DNA of 45,410 nt, counting the filler, from Sphacelaria rigidula (lineage: Eukaryota), in assembly GCA_964200075.2 (NCBI GenBank). It is 2 parts of 2 records of this genome, joined end to end, with 100 filler letters (N's around TTAATTAATTAA, not from the genome) between each part and the next. Parts side by side here need not be neighbours in the genome. Positions count along the whole stretch, not along the records: positions 1 to 22,671 come from CAXNAA020000321.1; 1 more part is not named here. One strand, given 5' to 3'. The translations under genes were made by a program, and so were the position numbers. The notes beneath the pieces were generated by a model. The model was not told the DNA's origin. It ran no database searches and was given only the letters and a program-made list of their open reading frames with translations. Below are positions 1-12,602 of the stretch, in pieces (positions within the stretch are counted from its first letter, which is position 1; every line of letters begins with the position of its first letter).

Positions 1-168
1 GTATGTCGATTTAAAAAAAATACCGCGGTATCACGGGAATATTCCCGAGAGGAGCCTTGGAAAAAAGGACAACTACGAATTCTGAAAACTTCTGACGCTG
101 ACTACTATAATAACGCCTCTTACCCGGTAACCGGTTTTTTGTTCTTGGTATCCGGTGCCCACCTACAT
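1..168. mobile_element. Terminus of a hAT-type MITE
   Basis: CCGG/TACCG subterminal motifs; the end reads taggtgggcaccggatacc on the minus strand; other end is outside the window. Confidence 0.35.
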
Positions 169-299
169 TTAAGAACAACACAATCGCACACATAGGATGT
201 GTCGTGTAAATTTTGGAAGCGAGATCTGAGAGAAGTAAGCGTGTAGAGTGAGTTGTCTGTTTCTGTTCCCTCTACTCTCGCGAGTGACCTACCCGAGTG

Positions 300-3200
300 G
301 AATTCGATGTTGTGTTGCGTAGGTGAATCATTTTCACACTCAAGTATCATGTACGAGGTATCGCATGCGCACCAGCGTGGTGTATTTGTTTTAGTGAAGG
401 CTACTATGAAATGAAAAATATGAACGAGTCATACTCCAATTCGATGTATCTCCCCACACAAGGACCGAATGTCTGGGCACGTCCCACGACCAAGTCCGTG
501 GCTCCTGATACTCATTTTCCCACACCCAGAAGGAGTAGCCCTCAACTCCTGCTTTGTAGCCACCCACGCGGGTGGTCGGCATCAGTCTCTCCTGCTTCAG
601 ATTTGATTCCAATCTTGAGTGTGCAGTGTTTTTCGCTGCTGTATGGGCAACACAGGGTACTGTAGTAAAGGATGCAGCACGGTAGTACGTTGCAAGTGCA
701 CACGTCTAGTTCACCATGCAGTTGGTTGTGAATGATTGTGAGAAGAAACTTAGACCGCTGTGGTGGGTCATGTGTCATTTTTACTCGATAAATAATACCC
801 GTCACCATGGCGAACTATGGAATGAAACACCACCGGGGGTTGGTCATGAGGGTCCGACACTCGTTTTTCAAGTTCAAATAATTGTTCCAACGGGTGACCC
901 ACCCTGACGGTAGATAGGTCGATATCGAGGGCGTGTCAACAATCCAACGATTCGCTGCGCAAATTATCAACTGGACGTGGATGTTCGCCCTGTTCCTCTG
1001 TCCTTCGACCGCGAGGGTAGCCATCTGGATTTTGCGTACTTTTTAGGCGTTGAAATTTTCATGACATTTTCATCAACACGCGCAACGTTGAGACCAACTT
1101 CAACAGGAGCCATTGAAATTTTTATTTTCCAACAATTTTGAACGGGTGGCCACAAGAACGACTATTATGGAACAAAATCGTCAAGATTTAGACTCGCGAA
1201 ATTCTGAATGGACCCCAAAAATCACTAATTCCGGCCAAGCGCTCGGAATCGGTGGACGATTCTGAACGCTTGACGACCAGTGTAGAATTTGTCACGAGAA
1301 ATAAAATGGGACAAGTCATGTTTTACTTCACTACAGCTCACACAGACTGGCTCTCTCATGTGCTGCACCTGTCACTGCACAATCGTGTGTTGAGACCTTG
1401 CCAAAAGTGCTTGGCGTCTTCTGGAATCACCTCAGCTGCTCTACGAGTACTTCTATTGTGTTACGAATGACTGCTATTGGCAGGAAAGTGCTGTCTTATC
1501 AAAGTTGAAAATGCTCCACAGTATGTGTTGGATTTTGTGTCTTTCGCAAGGAACAAGGTCCTTGGTGCGCAGAGCCAGCATTTTCTGTCCTGTAGATGAC
1601 AGGTAGAGTGATGCTCTGCAAACACGATTTGATCTGCGCTGAGGAGTTCCTGAACTGCAGTACTGTTGTTGTGTCCCGGTCAACACACAAGTCTAGACAC
1701 TGCCGAAAGCGCTGCTATCATGGTTTGTTGGGTGCGTTGTGTCGTTTGTAAAACCAACAAAGCAATTTGTGCCCTCGTCCATCCTACGAAAACGGTTTGA
1801 TCTAAGCTGGAGATTGCCTGAGATGCTGAACCGCCGCTGATCCGGTCTGTACAGATGGTTGTGCAGCCGATATGTCTTCTTTGGGTCCTGTTGCAGAGGT
1901 GCGCAACCCCTACGTCACGCCAACGTCAACATCTATGTGCTGCTCAAGCTTTGAGCTAAAATAGTGTGTGTTTTGCTTCCCGTCCAAAATCGTGACAAAA
2001 GAACTCTTTGAAATGTTTGGGAGATGAAATTTCGACGGCTCCCATCAGAGTTGGCCTGATAGGTGATCGACGAGAAGAAAAACACATGCAGGAAGTTGGA
2101 GCGATGTGAAGTTTCAGCTGAAACAGGAAAAAATGCTGTAACTCCAACTCCGTGAAAAATTGAGAAATACGGCTGCGCACCGCCATCAATGTTGTGAGCA
2201 CTTGCGTCCAGGAGATCCTGGTGAAGTTTCAGCCAAAAATATCTCGAATTAGGCGCCGCATCGCACTTTGCGTTTGACACGGCCGCTCCCCTTTGATCCA
2301 AGTGATGCAGGAAAGTGCAATTATGGAGGTGAAATGGAATCCCGACTTTTTTTTCAATCCGTTCCGCCGTTTAGGTCATATATTATTTGGTACATTTTCT
2401 TTCATTTTCTTCATTCAGCGGCGGTGCCGTATGTTACGAGTTTGGTCTGCAGTTCGCAGCGATATGCTCAAGTCACGCTGATGTAAAAAACTTGGAAAGT
2501 TGTGGTGTGGAAAGCGGATGCGAGATTTACTGCTGGCCCAGCTCGGAGTTATGAGTTTTCCCCGACAGTCGCGTCATCGCCCTTTTGCGGAGTTCATCTC
2601 CGCTTCACTTGCTGTCGAAGTGCAAGTTCCTCAACGTGGACAGCATCGGCGACAGGTGTACTGATAGGTACAGTATCGCATCTGTTTTCTGTTGCCCCGA
2701 TGGCTACGATACTGTACGCAGTGCACTTGATGAGTGCAATGTGTAGCCCAGGGTGTGCAACTTTGTTGAATGCAGCGTTGGTAGAACAGCGGGGTCGGTA
2801 CACCCGGACTCCCTGTGCAGTGTTGCAACACTGTGGGCGTCTCATCCGCAATCAAGGTTGTGTCGACGAAGATCTGGCACGCGGCTTAGCGTGCAATATT
2901 TCCACCCGTTGAGGCATTCCAACGTTTGCGACTCGCCTTTCTCGTGGTTCAGTGCTACGATCCAGTCGGCTGTGACAGCAACGTTGGAGTAACGTCTGCG
3001 CACGAGCTAGGTTGGTGCCTGTGCGCGTCCCAACGAGAGATGAGAACAATGAGACACTGAGTTCCGTTATTCTCGTAAATGGGGGGCGATTTTCGGCACC
3101 TTTTATCGGCAAAATGGACACCGACCCCTCTCTGCATAGAAGATGGCTCGTAATCGAGCCAATCATATGAATCACAAATACACGCGTCACCTCCAAATGA
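300..3200 (-). pseudogene. Possible KDZ (Kyakuja-Dileera-Zisupton)-like transposase relic
   Basis: Cys/His-rich segment (~2600-2850) followed by PGGV..GIIYRVKMTHD..LPCCILYY (~840-655), resembling CPHGIIY..K..PxxIxYD; heavily decayed. Confidence 0.3.
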
Positions 3201-4164
3201 CGACCTACCTCACCTCATATGAAATGTACTATTGTTATGGTACATTCTACAACAAACGTGAAAACGTCGGACACATCAGCTCCCTGTAGGTCGACCTAGC
3301 TCTGTTTAAGCGTAGCTCCCTAGTGAGATACGAGAGCTACATGAGCTACCCATGTTTTCCCTGGGTGAGCTAGAAGAGCAACATGAGCTACGTATGTTTG
3401 CCCTATGTGAGCCACCAACCCGTAGCTCATTATCTCATATTCGCCCTGGGTGAGCTATGAGCTGTCAAAGCTGCGCGTTTATGCCATGGGTGAGCTACCA
3501 ACCCGTACCTCATCAGCTTATATTCGCCGTGAGTGAGCTATGAGAGCTGCATGAGCTACGCATGTTTCCTGGGTGAACTACCAGCCCGTAGCTCATCAGC
3601 TCATATTTGCCGTTGAGTGAGCTATGAGAGCTGCATGAGCTACGCACGTTTGTCCTGGATGAGCGATGAGAGCCACATGAGCTACGATGTTTACCCTCGA
3701 TGAGCTGCTACGAGGGCTAGATGAGGTACGCATAATTACCCCGAGTGAGCAACCGGACGTAGCTCATCCGCGAATGTTTGCCTTGGGTAAGCTGTGGGAG
3801 CTACATCAGCCACGCATGTTTGCCGTGATTGAGTTCAAAAGCTACGAGAGCTAGGCCGATTTTGGAGTTGTTTCTGTTCCGATCCTCATGCACGTTGATG
3901 TGCACACACCTGTGTTTCGTTTTGTACCGTGATGGATTTGCTGTTTGTGAACATCAACATGGTCGCATAAGAAGCCATCCCCACCGTAGCCATCACGCCC
4001 GCACACAAGCACACGCACACACAACCCGCCCTGCATGGCGACCGCTGGGGGCAGCAGTCCTAGCGGTGCTTCAGTCTGAAATGATGCCGTGGATCTGGAT
4101 CCTCCGCAACAGGCGATCGGTGTGGAGGAAGAAGTGAATACACGTGGAATATTTGATTGCTCAA

Positions 4165-4271
4165 CCCTTTGGCCGCGAGGGTAGGCGATCTGTTGAATTG
4201 GCATCATTTCATACCCCCAAAATATATGACTTCTACTGATTTCGCTGATCGCCTACCCTCGCGTCAAAGGG
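4165..4271. mobile_element. piggyBac-type MITE, extra copy absent from hAT copy 2
   Basis: ~25-bp TIR ccctttggccgcgagggtaggcgatc / gatcgcctaccctcgcgtcaaaggg at a degenerate TTAA site. Confidence 0.7.
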
Positions 4272-4412
4272 TAACCCTTTCGACGGCGAGCATAGGTCCA
4301 TCTGTTGAATCGGCTTCAATTTCACTTGAAAATAGTATTCATAACCAGATGGGCTCGTACCCTCGCGGCCAAGCGGTCAAAAGCAATGGATAAATCTATC
4401 ATCATAGACAAC

Positions 4413-4815
4413 TGTTAACTAGGCTTCGCTAGGGGTGAGGCAGTACAGTTACGGGTTTCGAAGAAGAACGTTGCCGTACCCTGCTGCCGAAGGACCTCCA
4501 GAGCGAGGCGTAAATCTTTCTCTTGTCGTTTAGGCATGGGTTTGACCGTGACCGATGACAAGCAAGAACAACTGAACGAGCCAGTACGGCAGTACCTGCA
4601 CCGCTTAACTGGGGTTCATGCGGTGACTCCATTATTCCCACCTCATTCTACCGGAGACCCCGTTGCCTAGGTCGCCGAAGATTCTGCTTCATAAGTTTGA
4701 TCGTGTCGAGTCCGCTCATGTATGTCACTGGGGGACCCCGTTCCTGAGGCTGTTCGTCCGGCTTACATGTGTATTCTGGTGTCCATTATGCTCGTACATG
4801 TGTATGGTCTCCGCA
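4413..4815 (-). repeat. 3' LTR of the Gypsy element
   Basis: tgttaactaggcttcgct...ggtctccgca, direct repeat of 8280-8677; purine tract agaagagggaatga (PPT, 4816-4829) adjoins it on the minus strand. Confidence 0.85.
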
Positions 4816-5484
4816 TCATTCCCTCTTCTGAGGCTCCTCAAGTCTCTTACTTCGAGGGGCTGAGGCTATCATTTATGGAGAGAATGGTATGAACGTGGAT
4901 TCCCCATTGTAGATGTGTCATGATACCATTATACTGGTCTGTGTGTGAACGTGTCATGTATTCTATACTGTCGTGTTGAGTAAGCACAAGACGGTAAATT
5001 TTATCGACGTTCGTACCCAGATCCATGTAATCAGCATACCTGTGTCGGAGGTTTGTGACTTGGTCACATGATCCCGGCATCTGTAAATCTGCGTAATCGG
5101 TACTGATTTTGATGCCCCCATATATGCTGATGTATCGGCGACTCGGTCGAAAACATTGTGTTTTCGCATGGGAGTTTGTTGTCCCGCGTTTTGCTTGGGA
5201 CACTGTACCCGTGGTGATTACCGTGTGATAGTGGTATTACTTACGTTTGGGGAAGGCAGATATGGAAGACGAAAAGAGAACGGTGACTGTATTTGTATGT
5301 CTGGAGTGGTATTTTCCAAGATTGCAACAGTTTCACGACTATCGTCGCCAGCAATACCCCTATTCGCTGATAGGAGCTCAGACCTTTGGGTGTAGTCTCT
5401 CTTCACCGCCGATGTCCTTGTGGTGGCATTGACCATGGCATCGATTTTCTATTGTCTCGACTTTTTTTTTAACTAACACGCCTG

Positions 5485-7900
5485 CTAAACATCGTCTGCA
5501 TGTAGCGGGAAATATACCTGCAGGTGCACGTTTCCGGTGCTTGTTCTGCATGAGAAACCTATAATAGTTTCCTTATGAACAGAGTCACTGACCCATTTTC
5601 TCTCTCTCGTGTCATGGGGCGGCGGGTCTGGTGAAGGCGCGCTATCTAGTTTTTGCTTGATTCTGTACGCGTCTATGACATGTTGACATCGGGAAACCTC
5701 ATCCGCTCTATACTCTAGGTCAGTCGCTGAACCGACCCCTTTGAGTCCGAGGCGGAACATATAGTTGAGGTCGCTTTTCCGCCCTGGGCCTCGTTTACGG
5801 CCCATCACCTTGTTCACGGTGTAGCATGTGATTTTCGGAGGGGGCTTCATCTGGGCGGTCAACCCCTGGAAAAGTCAATATTTTCCCTCAGAAAAAATCG
5901 GCAATTCGATGAGAAATTGTGTGTCGGTGCTTTCTTCCGCGGGTAGTATTTTTTCGAGTGAGCCAAGTGTACCGACGTTTGTTTTGCGCCGTTGCCCAAC
6001 CTTACGTTGTATACTAGGAGCGATACTTTGGAACAGATAGTACCTTTGCACGCATGGTTTCTCAGTTGTCTTGTTCCACTGAACTGCGCTTTGCCAGTAT
6101 AGCGTGCAGACTTGAGTGTATCCGCCCTGAATCTAAGTTGCCTTGAGGTCTGAAGGGAGTCATGTGGGTTTTCTCGAATTGCCGCAGCGTCTGTAGCTGG
6201 TAGATCACCCGATTCTCGAACTCCTTTCCTTGATCAGAGTGCAACTTTTCCGAAATACCGGATATTGTACGAACTTTGTCAACTAGCATCCGTGCTTTTG
6301 CCTCTTCCAGGGTAAGACCCGCTGCTTGCAGCGCCTTCAACATGTCCTCATGTAGATTCAAGTGGCTTTCCCAAGAAGAATATGCGATTAAATCGTATAG
6401 TACACCAGGAGGCCGCTTCTCGGTTCAAAGTGTGAGAAATTGAGAACCATCATTCGTGAGAATATAAAAATGGATGGCGTTATTCCGAATGGGAGACGAT
6501 TCAATACCCATTTACCTTTGCTCGTGACGAGGGCTGTCGTCTCTTTTTCTTCTTCCGCTGTGGTGATTTGCTGGAATGCACTCAGCACATCGAAGACAGA
6601 AATGTATTGTGCTCCCACCACCGTGTTAATATGAGATACCATGTGAGGCATCGGCCATGACTTACGAAGCAGGCCTTTTGTTGAGTGTGGATCTCAAGCC
6701 TACACAAAACCGAGCTGCAGCGTCACTTTGGCGACAATAGTTACCGCAGAGCCACACACACACACATCGTCGATGACCTCGCATACCCTTGGGTTGGCCC
6801 TGTACGGCGGTCTGTCAAGTGGTTGTGTACCCGGCTAGAGTTGAAATGTAGCTTCACCTATCGTGCAGCATCCTAACTCCTGCGATGGAAACCAAAAGAC
6901 CGTCCGGTATTTGTTAGACAGATCGAAGACTTGGTCTCTCTGTTCCTGCGAAGAATGGGCGGCTTGCAAGAGCATTTTGAACGCCTTTTTCAACTCTTGA
7001 TGAGTGTCGATGCTTTTTTTTCTTCTCGACTACAGCACTGCTTGTGTTCGTTTTTTTCGCTGTTCTGGCCTCTGATACAGGTGTAATGTATCCTAACAGA
7101 GAGTTTCGCTCGAAACGGACGCGTCTCGTAGATGGGTTGGCTATCCGAACCATGGCTGTTTTATTCACCGCTGACCATATGCAGACTGTTCGGGCCACGA
7201 CCAATCTTTTGCAAGCCTGGGGTGTGTCTAACGATTGAACGTGTAGTTCCGTGACAATCCGTGGCTCAATTATCGCAGTGGTTGTCACAACAGGGGGTTC
7301 GTCTGAACCAGCATGAAGGCCTATCACATTTTGCGGAACACATTTTCCCCTGAGTATACTGGGACAAGTTGTATCCAGCTTTCACTCGAACAACGAAACG
7401 TGTGTCATGTGCACTGCGTGTCGAGTTACTTTGCTCGTTCCGTCTCTAGTGTATAGCTCTGATACTACTTTGGAATTTCTGGAAGACAATGTCTCAGCTG
7501 CCCAGTTTAAAATGCCTCCAAGTGTTCCCATCAGTGAAATATCAATCGGTATGTGGTCGAAACCCAAATCGCGTGAAAAATATGCTTCAACGGGCAGGTT
7601 CCCCCCCCCCCTAACGTGAGGTCGAACCGAACGAAACCCACCACTTCGAAGAGTGGATTGTCCGTGTTTCTAATATCTCAATATTTGCTCGGGACTGGTT
7701 TGATGTCCGCCGTGCTCAGAGTACGGTGCGAACGGATGGTCTTCAGGCTTTTGATGGGCAGGTCTGAAGTGGATCTCTCGTCAGGTCCTGCACAGCACTA
7801 TCGTTTATGCTGGCTTGTACCTGCACTCTTACCAAAGCCAGATGTATCGTCACAGGGCCCTGTATGTACGGCGCTGACGATGACATGTGGAAATTGGAAT
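5485..7900 (-). pseudogene. Gypsy pol relic: protease, dUTPase-like linker, RT fragment, integrase core, chromodomain-like tail
   Basis: RT: YISVFDVLSAFQQI..TALVTSKGKWVLNRLPFG (6388-6651); INT: LHSDQGKEFEN..TPFRPQGN (6062-6361); LVVART..VRIANPS (6914-7327); RNase H appears deleted. Confidence 0.85.
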
Positions 7901-8232
7901 GCTTCAAAGTGTTGATGGTTTTGGAGTCCGAGATTTTGATCGGTGCTTTGCATTGATATTGCATGATGGTTGAGCTATGAGAGCTGCGTGCGGAACACTC
8001 TCCAAGTACGGAGGTTGGCCACACTGCACTATTTTTCGACTTGTGTTGCTCACTTCTAGCTTCTGCTTGATTCTATCATGCTCTTTCGCCACCTCTTCCT
8101 GAGGCTTCGCCTACGATCCTATTGAAGGGGCTCTTGAACGGCAAGCAAACCACCCTCCTCGGTGTTGAGCGGCAATTGTTCCAGTTAAACATGCGATGTC
8201 GTCACCGTTACGCCAATGTGCTCCCTACGCGC

Positions 8233-8278
8233 AAGTCAGTGTGCTCTGCACGCGCGGGTTCAAATCTCTTCGACGTCA
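8233..8278 (-). promoter_or_regulatory. Primer-binding site complementary to the 3' half of a tRNA-Ser-like RNA
   Basis: + strand aagtcag-t-gtgc/tct/gcac-gcgcgggttcaaatctcttcgacgtca shows a long variable-arm hairpin, T-loop GGTTCAAATC and a degenerate G-CCA end, 1 nt from the LTR. Confidence 0.6.
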
Positions 8279-8279
8279 T

Positions 8280-8677
8280 TGTGAAATAGGCTTCGCTGGG
8301 GGTAAGGCAGTAGTAACAGGTTCCGAACAAAAACGGTGTCGTGCCCTGCTGCCGAAGGATCTCCAAAGCGAGGCGTAAATCTATCTCTTGTCGTTCAGGC
8401 ATGGATTTGGCCAAGGCCGATGACATTCAAAAACAACTGAACGAGCCGGTACGGCAGTACTGGTAACGTTCAACAAGGGTTCATGCGGTAGCTCTATTAT
8501 TCCGAGCTCTTTCTACCGGAGACCCCGTTGCCTAGGTTACCAAAACTCCAGTTTCACAGGTTTGAACGTTTCAAATCCGCTCATGTATGTCAATGGCGGA
8601 CGCCGTTCCTGAGACTGCTTCTCGGCTTACATATGTATTCTGGTGTCCATCACGCTCATATTTGTGTTGTCTCCACA
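8280..8677 (-). repeat. 5' LTR of the Gypsy element
   Basis: tgtgaaataggcttcgct...gtctccaca, diverged direct repeat of 4413-4815; adjacent tRNA-like PBS. Confidence 0.85.
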
Positions 8678-11003
8678 CACCGAATCTTGATCATGTTGTG
8701 AACCATTCGATCATGCGAACGAGGATTTGTGTTGAGCTCTTTTTTACCACCGCGAAGAGCGAGGTAGCAATCCATAACCTAATGATATGTTGCGCCGTCT
8801 ATTCGAGCAAGAATGTACGTAACATCATGAGTGACCGGGTTCGCCAGCTGGCGAGCTAGGCACATGATGTGAGTGACCTATGAGCATGTGCTCCCGGGGT
8901 GAGCTACAAGGCGTAGCCCTTCCACTAATGTCGTCCCTGGGTGAGCTATGAGAGCTGCATGAGCTACACATGTTTTCCCTGGCTGAGCTACAGGAGCTGC
9001 GTGAGCTACACATTGTTTTCCTGGGTGAGCTAGGAGAGCTACATGAGCCACGTATGTTCATCCTTGGTGAGCTACCAACCCGTAGCTCATCAGCGCACGT
9101 TTACCTTGGGTGAGCTATCGGACACAGCTCGCATGTACATATTTGACTACAAGTGAGCTATAGCTCGCAGATGAGCTAGCTCATGAGCTGTCCGACGTGT
9201 GCAAACCTGTGACTGACGTTGCTGTACACTTGTACGTGGGGTCAGAACAGCAGGAGGATAGAAGCAGCTGCTCGTGTGGTTGTTGTACCCCTATTATTGC
9301 AGTATGTTGTTGTGCCGATCTTCTGATGCGGTTTTCTCGGCAACCAAGCAGAGGAATCGACTGCGGTTTTATGCGTGCGCCTCCCACACACCGGGCCTAG
9401 CCACTCGCGGGGTTGGTTTTCGTAACGCGTACGGCGGAGACCGCAGCAATCTGTAAGCGGCTGCACCACACACAAAATGTACAGCAAAATGCGTTTCGTT
9501 CAACATCTCGGGGGGCTTTTCGTGCCCGCTGTGGCGAATTGAGCAAACCCGCTGCGCAAGTGACTGGGTCTAGTGAGTATGCGGGGAACGTTGAAGTGCC
9601 AAAAGCCGGTTTGCCTCCTGTCTGGAGAATGACGCGATGGAAAATATTACAGCTGTCGTATACTGAACCTAGGTTAGTTGGGATGGAGTGTGTGTTCTGT
9701 TCTGCAGACGTTCGGCACAGGTCCGACCAGTCCATGACGCCTTCATTATTTCTCATTATTTCTCCGCGTTAAAAAAAAAGCCCACGGTTTCCTGGTCGTC
9801 ATGACCCCCACTCACCGCCATGACTGTCTATAGGAAACAGGTTGCAACTTCTCGGAAGACCACATGTTCAGATCCACTCCGAGATCGACGTGCATCGCAG
9901 CATGAAGGTCCCGACATGAGAGATGGGTGGCACAGCCAGGGGGGAATCGGGGGCTGTCGATGACGCCACATCTTGTCTGCCCGATCTTCATGTCTGTGTC
10001 AGCCTAAAGACGTAGTTGAGACACCAAGGACCCCTTGACAGCTTGTGACATTTGCACGCATGTTACGCGGAGATTGGGGCCCGTTGCTAACCCACACCGC
10101 TACGAAGGGACGGCACCACCAGGTTCCAAATTCCTCTGTGGGAGCGCCAGTAGACCTTGCCTGATCGAATATCGACATATGTTCTAAAGGATCAGCAGTT
10201 TTCCCCCGAAGATTGGCCCGATCTTCATGGGAGTATGCAGCGGCAGCTGTTGCAGTCGGAGAGGCGTACTGTACTGTATGTACGGCGCAACGCCCATGCC
10301 CTTTGGAGAGAAATTGCCGCTTGCAACAAAGAGGGAATCGTGGCCCACCCCGACCACAAAGGGCTGTGTGGCAAGGGAATGGAAACAACAATATCACACA
10401 AAACCACAAATGGCGGGTGGCGGTCGCCACATCCTGTTGAAAGCTCTCCACGGCGACTCATCCTGTTTGATATATATATATGTACATGACCTTGTGTGCA
10501 CCCCACCCGAATTACAGTTTCTGCACCCGAAATAGATTGGGTGAAACTTTCGGCCTTCCTCCTAATCCTACGGTTGCATACGTGGATTTTCAGCAGCATG
10601 AAGCAATTGTTTCGTGCAGACACTAGACACGTCATTCCCAACCAGCCTTATCGGTACTTCTGGAGGCCCAGCCCCAAAAGAGGTAACTCAGTTTCTCAGC
10701 TCATTTTCTAAAAATATGACTTGGAAGTGATGAAGAATCGCAAGGCATACTGCAAACGAAAAAAAGTGAACCTTGTATTTTTTTGCTTGGTTCATGAGTT
10801 GAGGATGTATGTGAAAGAATAGTTCTTACTGCGCGAACACGTCCTCGATATCATGAAAAAAATAAGAAAAAACAATGTATCCCATTTTTTGATTATACCC
10901 TAGCGGTTCTCCAAACGAGATTTCAAAGCACAAGTACCAAACTGGGCTGCTAAATTGCCTGCTACACGATGTTCCGAATCCCGACCGCCCCACGCTGTCG
11001 AGC

Positions 11004-11268
11004 GCCCGTTCTCGCCTCAATTTTGAAAGTTAGACGTGAAATTTGGGCTTGAAATCTAGTGTGGAGGATAGCCAGGGTATATAGTACAAAACGATGTTTT
11101 GAGACATCAAAATATATATTTTTATCACGACTTGAAGATTTTTCAGGGGCGAGTAGGTCCTGTTTTTTACCCTCAACTTATGGAAATGAGCTCCCATTAT
11201 TTTTTTGGTTTTAATGCCGTCATCACAAATTTGAAAGTTCAACACTCAAAATTGAGGTGAGAATAGGC
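11004..11268. mobile_element. MITE
   Basis: Imperfect TIR gcccgttctcgcctcaattttga / tcaaaattgaggtgagaataggc; AT-rich interior. Confidence 0.55.
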
Positions 11269-11544
11269 CTGCAACCTGGAGATCCGCTTGAAGGCTCGCC
11301 CAACTCGTACCCGGCGTTACAAGATATTTATTCGGAGAGCCTGCTCTGTGCACTTTGCCAGGCGCGTGCCGGGCAACTGATTTGGGGGTCCCACCGTAGT
11401 GCGGTGAAAACGGTCGCCAGTATCGTGCGGTGTCCTAGCATAGTGCGGATATACAAGGTTGGCAACCCAGCGTAGCACAGGGAGACCCTGCACTGCACGT
11501 GTCCCGCCACGTGATTGACTCTCCGTAATGACGAAAAAATTGCC

Positions 11545-11810
11545 ATGTCATGGTGGTGTAATGGTACACCTGACGCCAGTAGGTCGGGAGATACGCGAGT
11601 TCGATCTCCGCCAGATACGTTTCGTTTGACATATCTCGGAAGCTTTCTTACTTCCGTGAAGCACACGGACTTGTCACAAGGAAAGGAAGGAGTTGGAAGT
11701 GAGAACAAAAACGCGGCGAAAAAGACAGTGACATGCTCTCGTGTGACGTGTGAAAAACGCCCAAAGCTCTCATTATTCGCATTCATGCCATCTTGAGAAA
11801 GTCTCACTCT
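11545..11810 (+). mobile_element. tRNA-derived SINE-like element
   Basis: Box A tggtgtaatgg (11554-11564), stem cctgac/gtcggg, Box B gagttcgatctc (11597-11608); no acceptor stem; 3' end approximate. Confidence 0.55.
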
Positions 11811-12536
11811 AATCTGCGTAAAAATATCTAGAAGCTAACGGCCACTGGCGGAGAGGACTGCACGGGTAACAAAACAACTCGAGGCGTTAGATGGAGGAGC
11901 TTCACTCCGAGACTGGCCTGAACCACGTGACGAGCTAGGCGTGAGCTTGTCCCTTTTTTGTTGTTCTTTTGTTTTGTGAACTTGACCCCCTGAACGTTAG
12001 GGTGGATTATCGGGACTCTATTTCAAAATCATACGTTTTCGAGCACCTTCTTCAAAGGGTCATACGACCAAGTGATAACACGAGCCCCCCACCCCCCCCT
12101 CTGCACCCCACCCCCCTGTCTCCCAGCCTCCCCTGCCATGCCACATCACGTGCATCCGTCGTGCCACGGTGTGTTGTCTGTGCGTAATCATATTATTCCC
12201 TTCTCTTCTGTATTTTACGCGCCGCACGCTTGGTGTCGTTTTCTTTGTCCTGCTTTGCCACATGGATCACGTTTTGGATGCACTCACCCATGGCGGGACG
12301 CGCTCGGATTCGATGGTAATGGCATGTGGTCTCTGGATCGGTTTTTCGGAACGGAATTCCGTCGGCGAATTAACACTGACACACTGCCGCTGTCGCCGCC
12401 ACACGGACGTGGAAAAATTATGGCTCAGGGAGCGGAGAGTTACAGATGATGCTGATGGGCATGGAAGATGGGATGCTGGGAGTGGCAAAAGTTGCCGAAA
12501 CACACCTTGTCTGTGTCTATGCGGAGGTGAGCAGCT

Positions 12537-12602
<66 letters not shown>
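12537..12602. repeat. (GTT)n microsatellite
   Basis: About 21 perfect units. Confidence 0.97.

Larger units (their letters stand above)
4413..8677 (-). mobile_element. Internally deleted Ty3/Gypsy LTR retrotransposon with chromodomain-like integrase C-terminus
   Basis: Two ~400-bp TG..CA LTRs; 4-bp TSD caac / cacc matching the empty site (gacaccgaatc) in hAT copy 2; PR-RT-INT order on the minus strand. Confidence 0.88.
3261..9201 (+). mobile_element. Non-autonomous hAT-family element, copy 1, interrupted by a Gypsy element and piggyBac-type MITEs
   Basis: Termini aaaacgtcgga / tccgacgtgtg; 8-bp TSD caaacgtg / caaacctg; AGCT-rich subterminal arrays; collinear with copy 2 once insertions are removed. 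Confidence 0.8.

Noticed and set aside
8225..8280. tRNA-Ser gene
   Set aside because: Only the 3' half is present, with no D-arm or 5' acceptor strand; better explained as a PBS
9780..10650. Coding-like stretch, possibly a retroelement fragment
   Set aside because: No motif I could assign with confidence
11545..11615. Functional tRNA gene
   Set aside because: No acceptor stem and an irregular anticodon loop; treated as a SINE head
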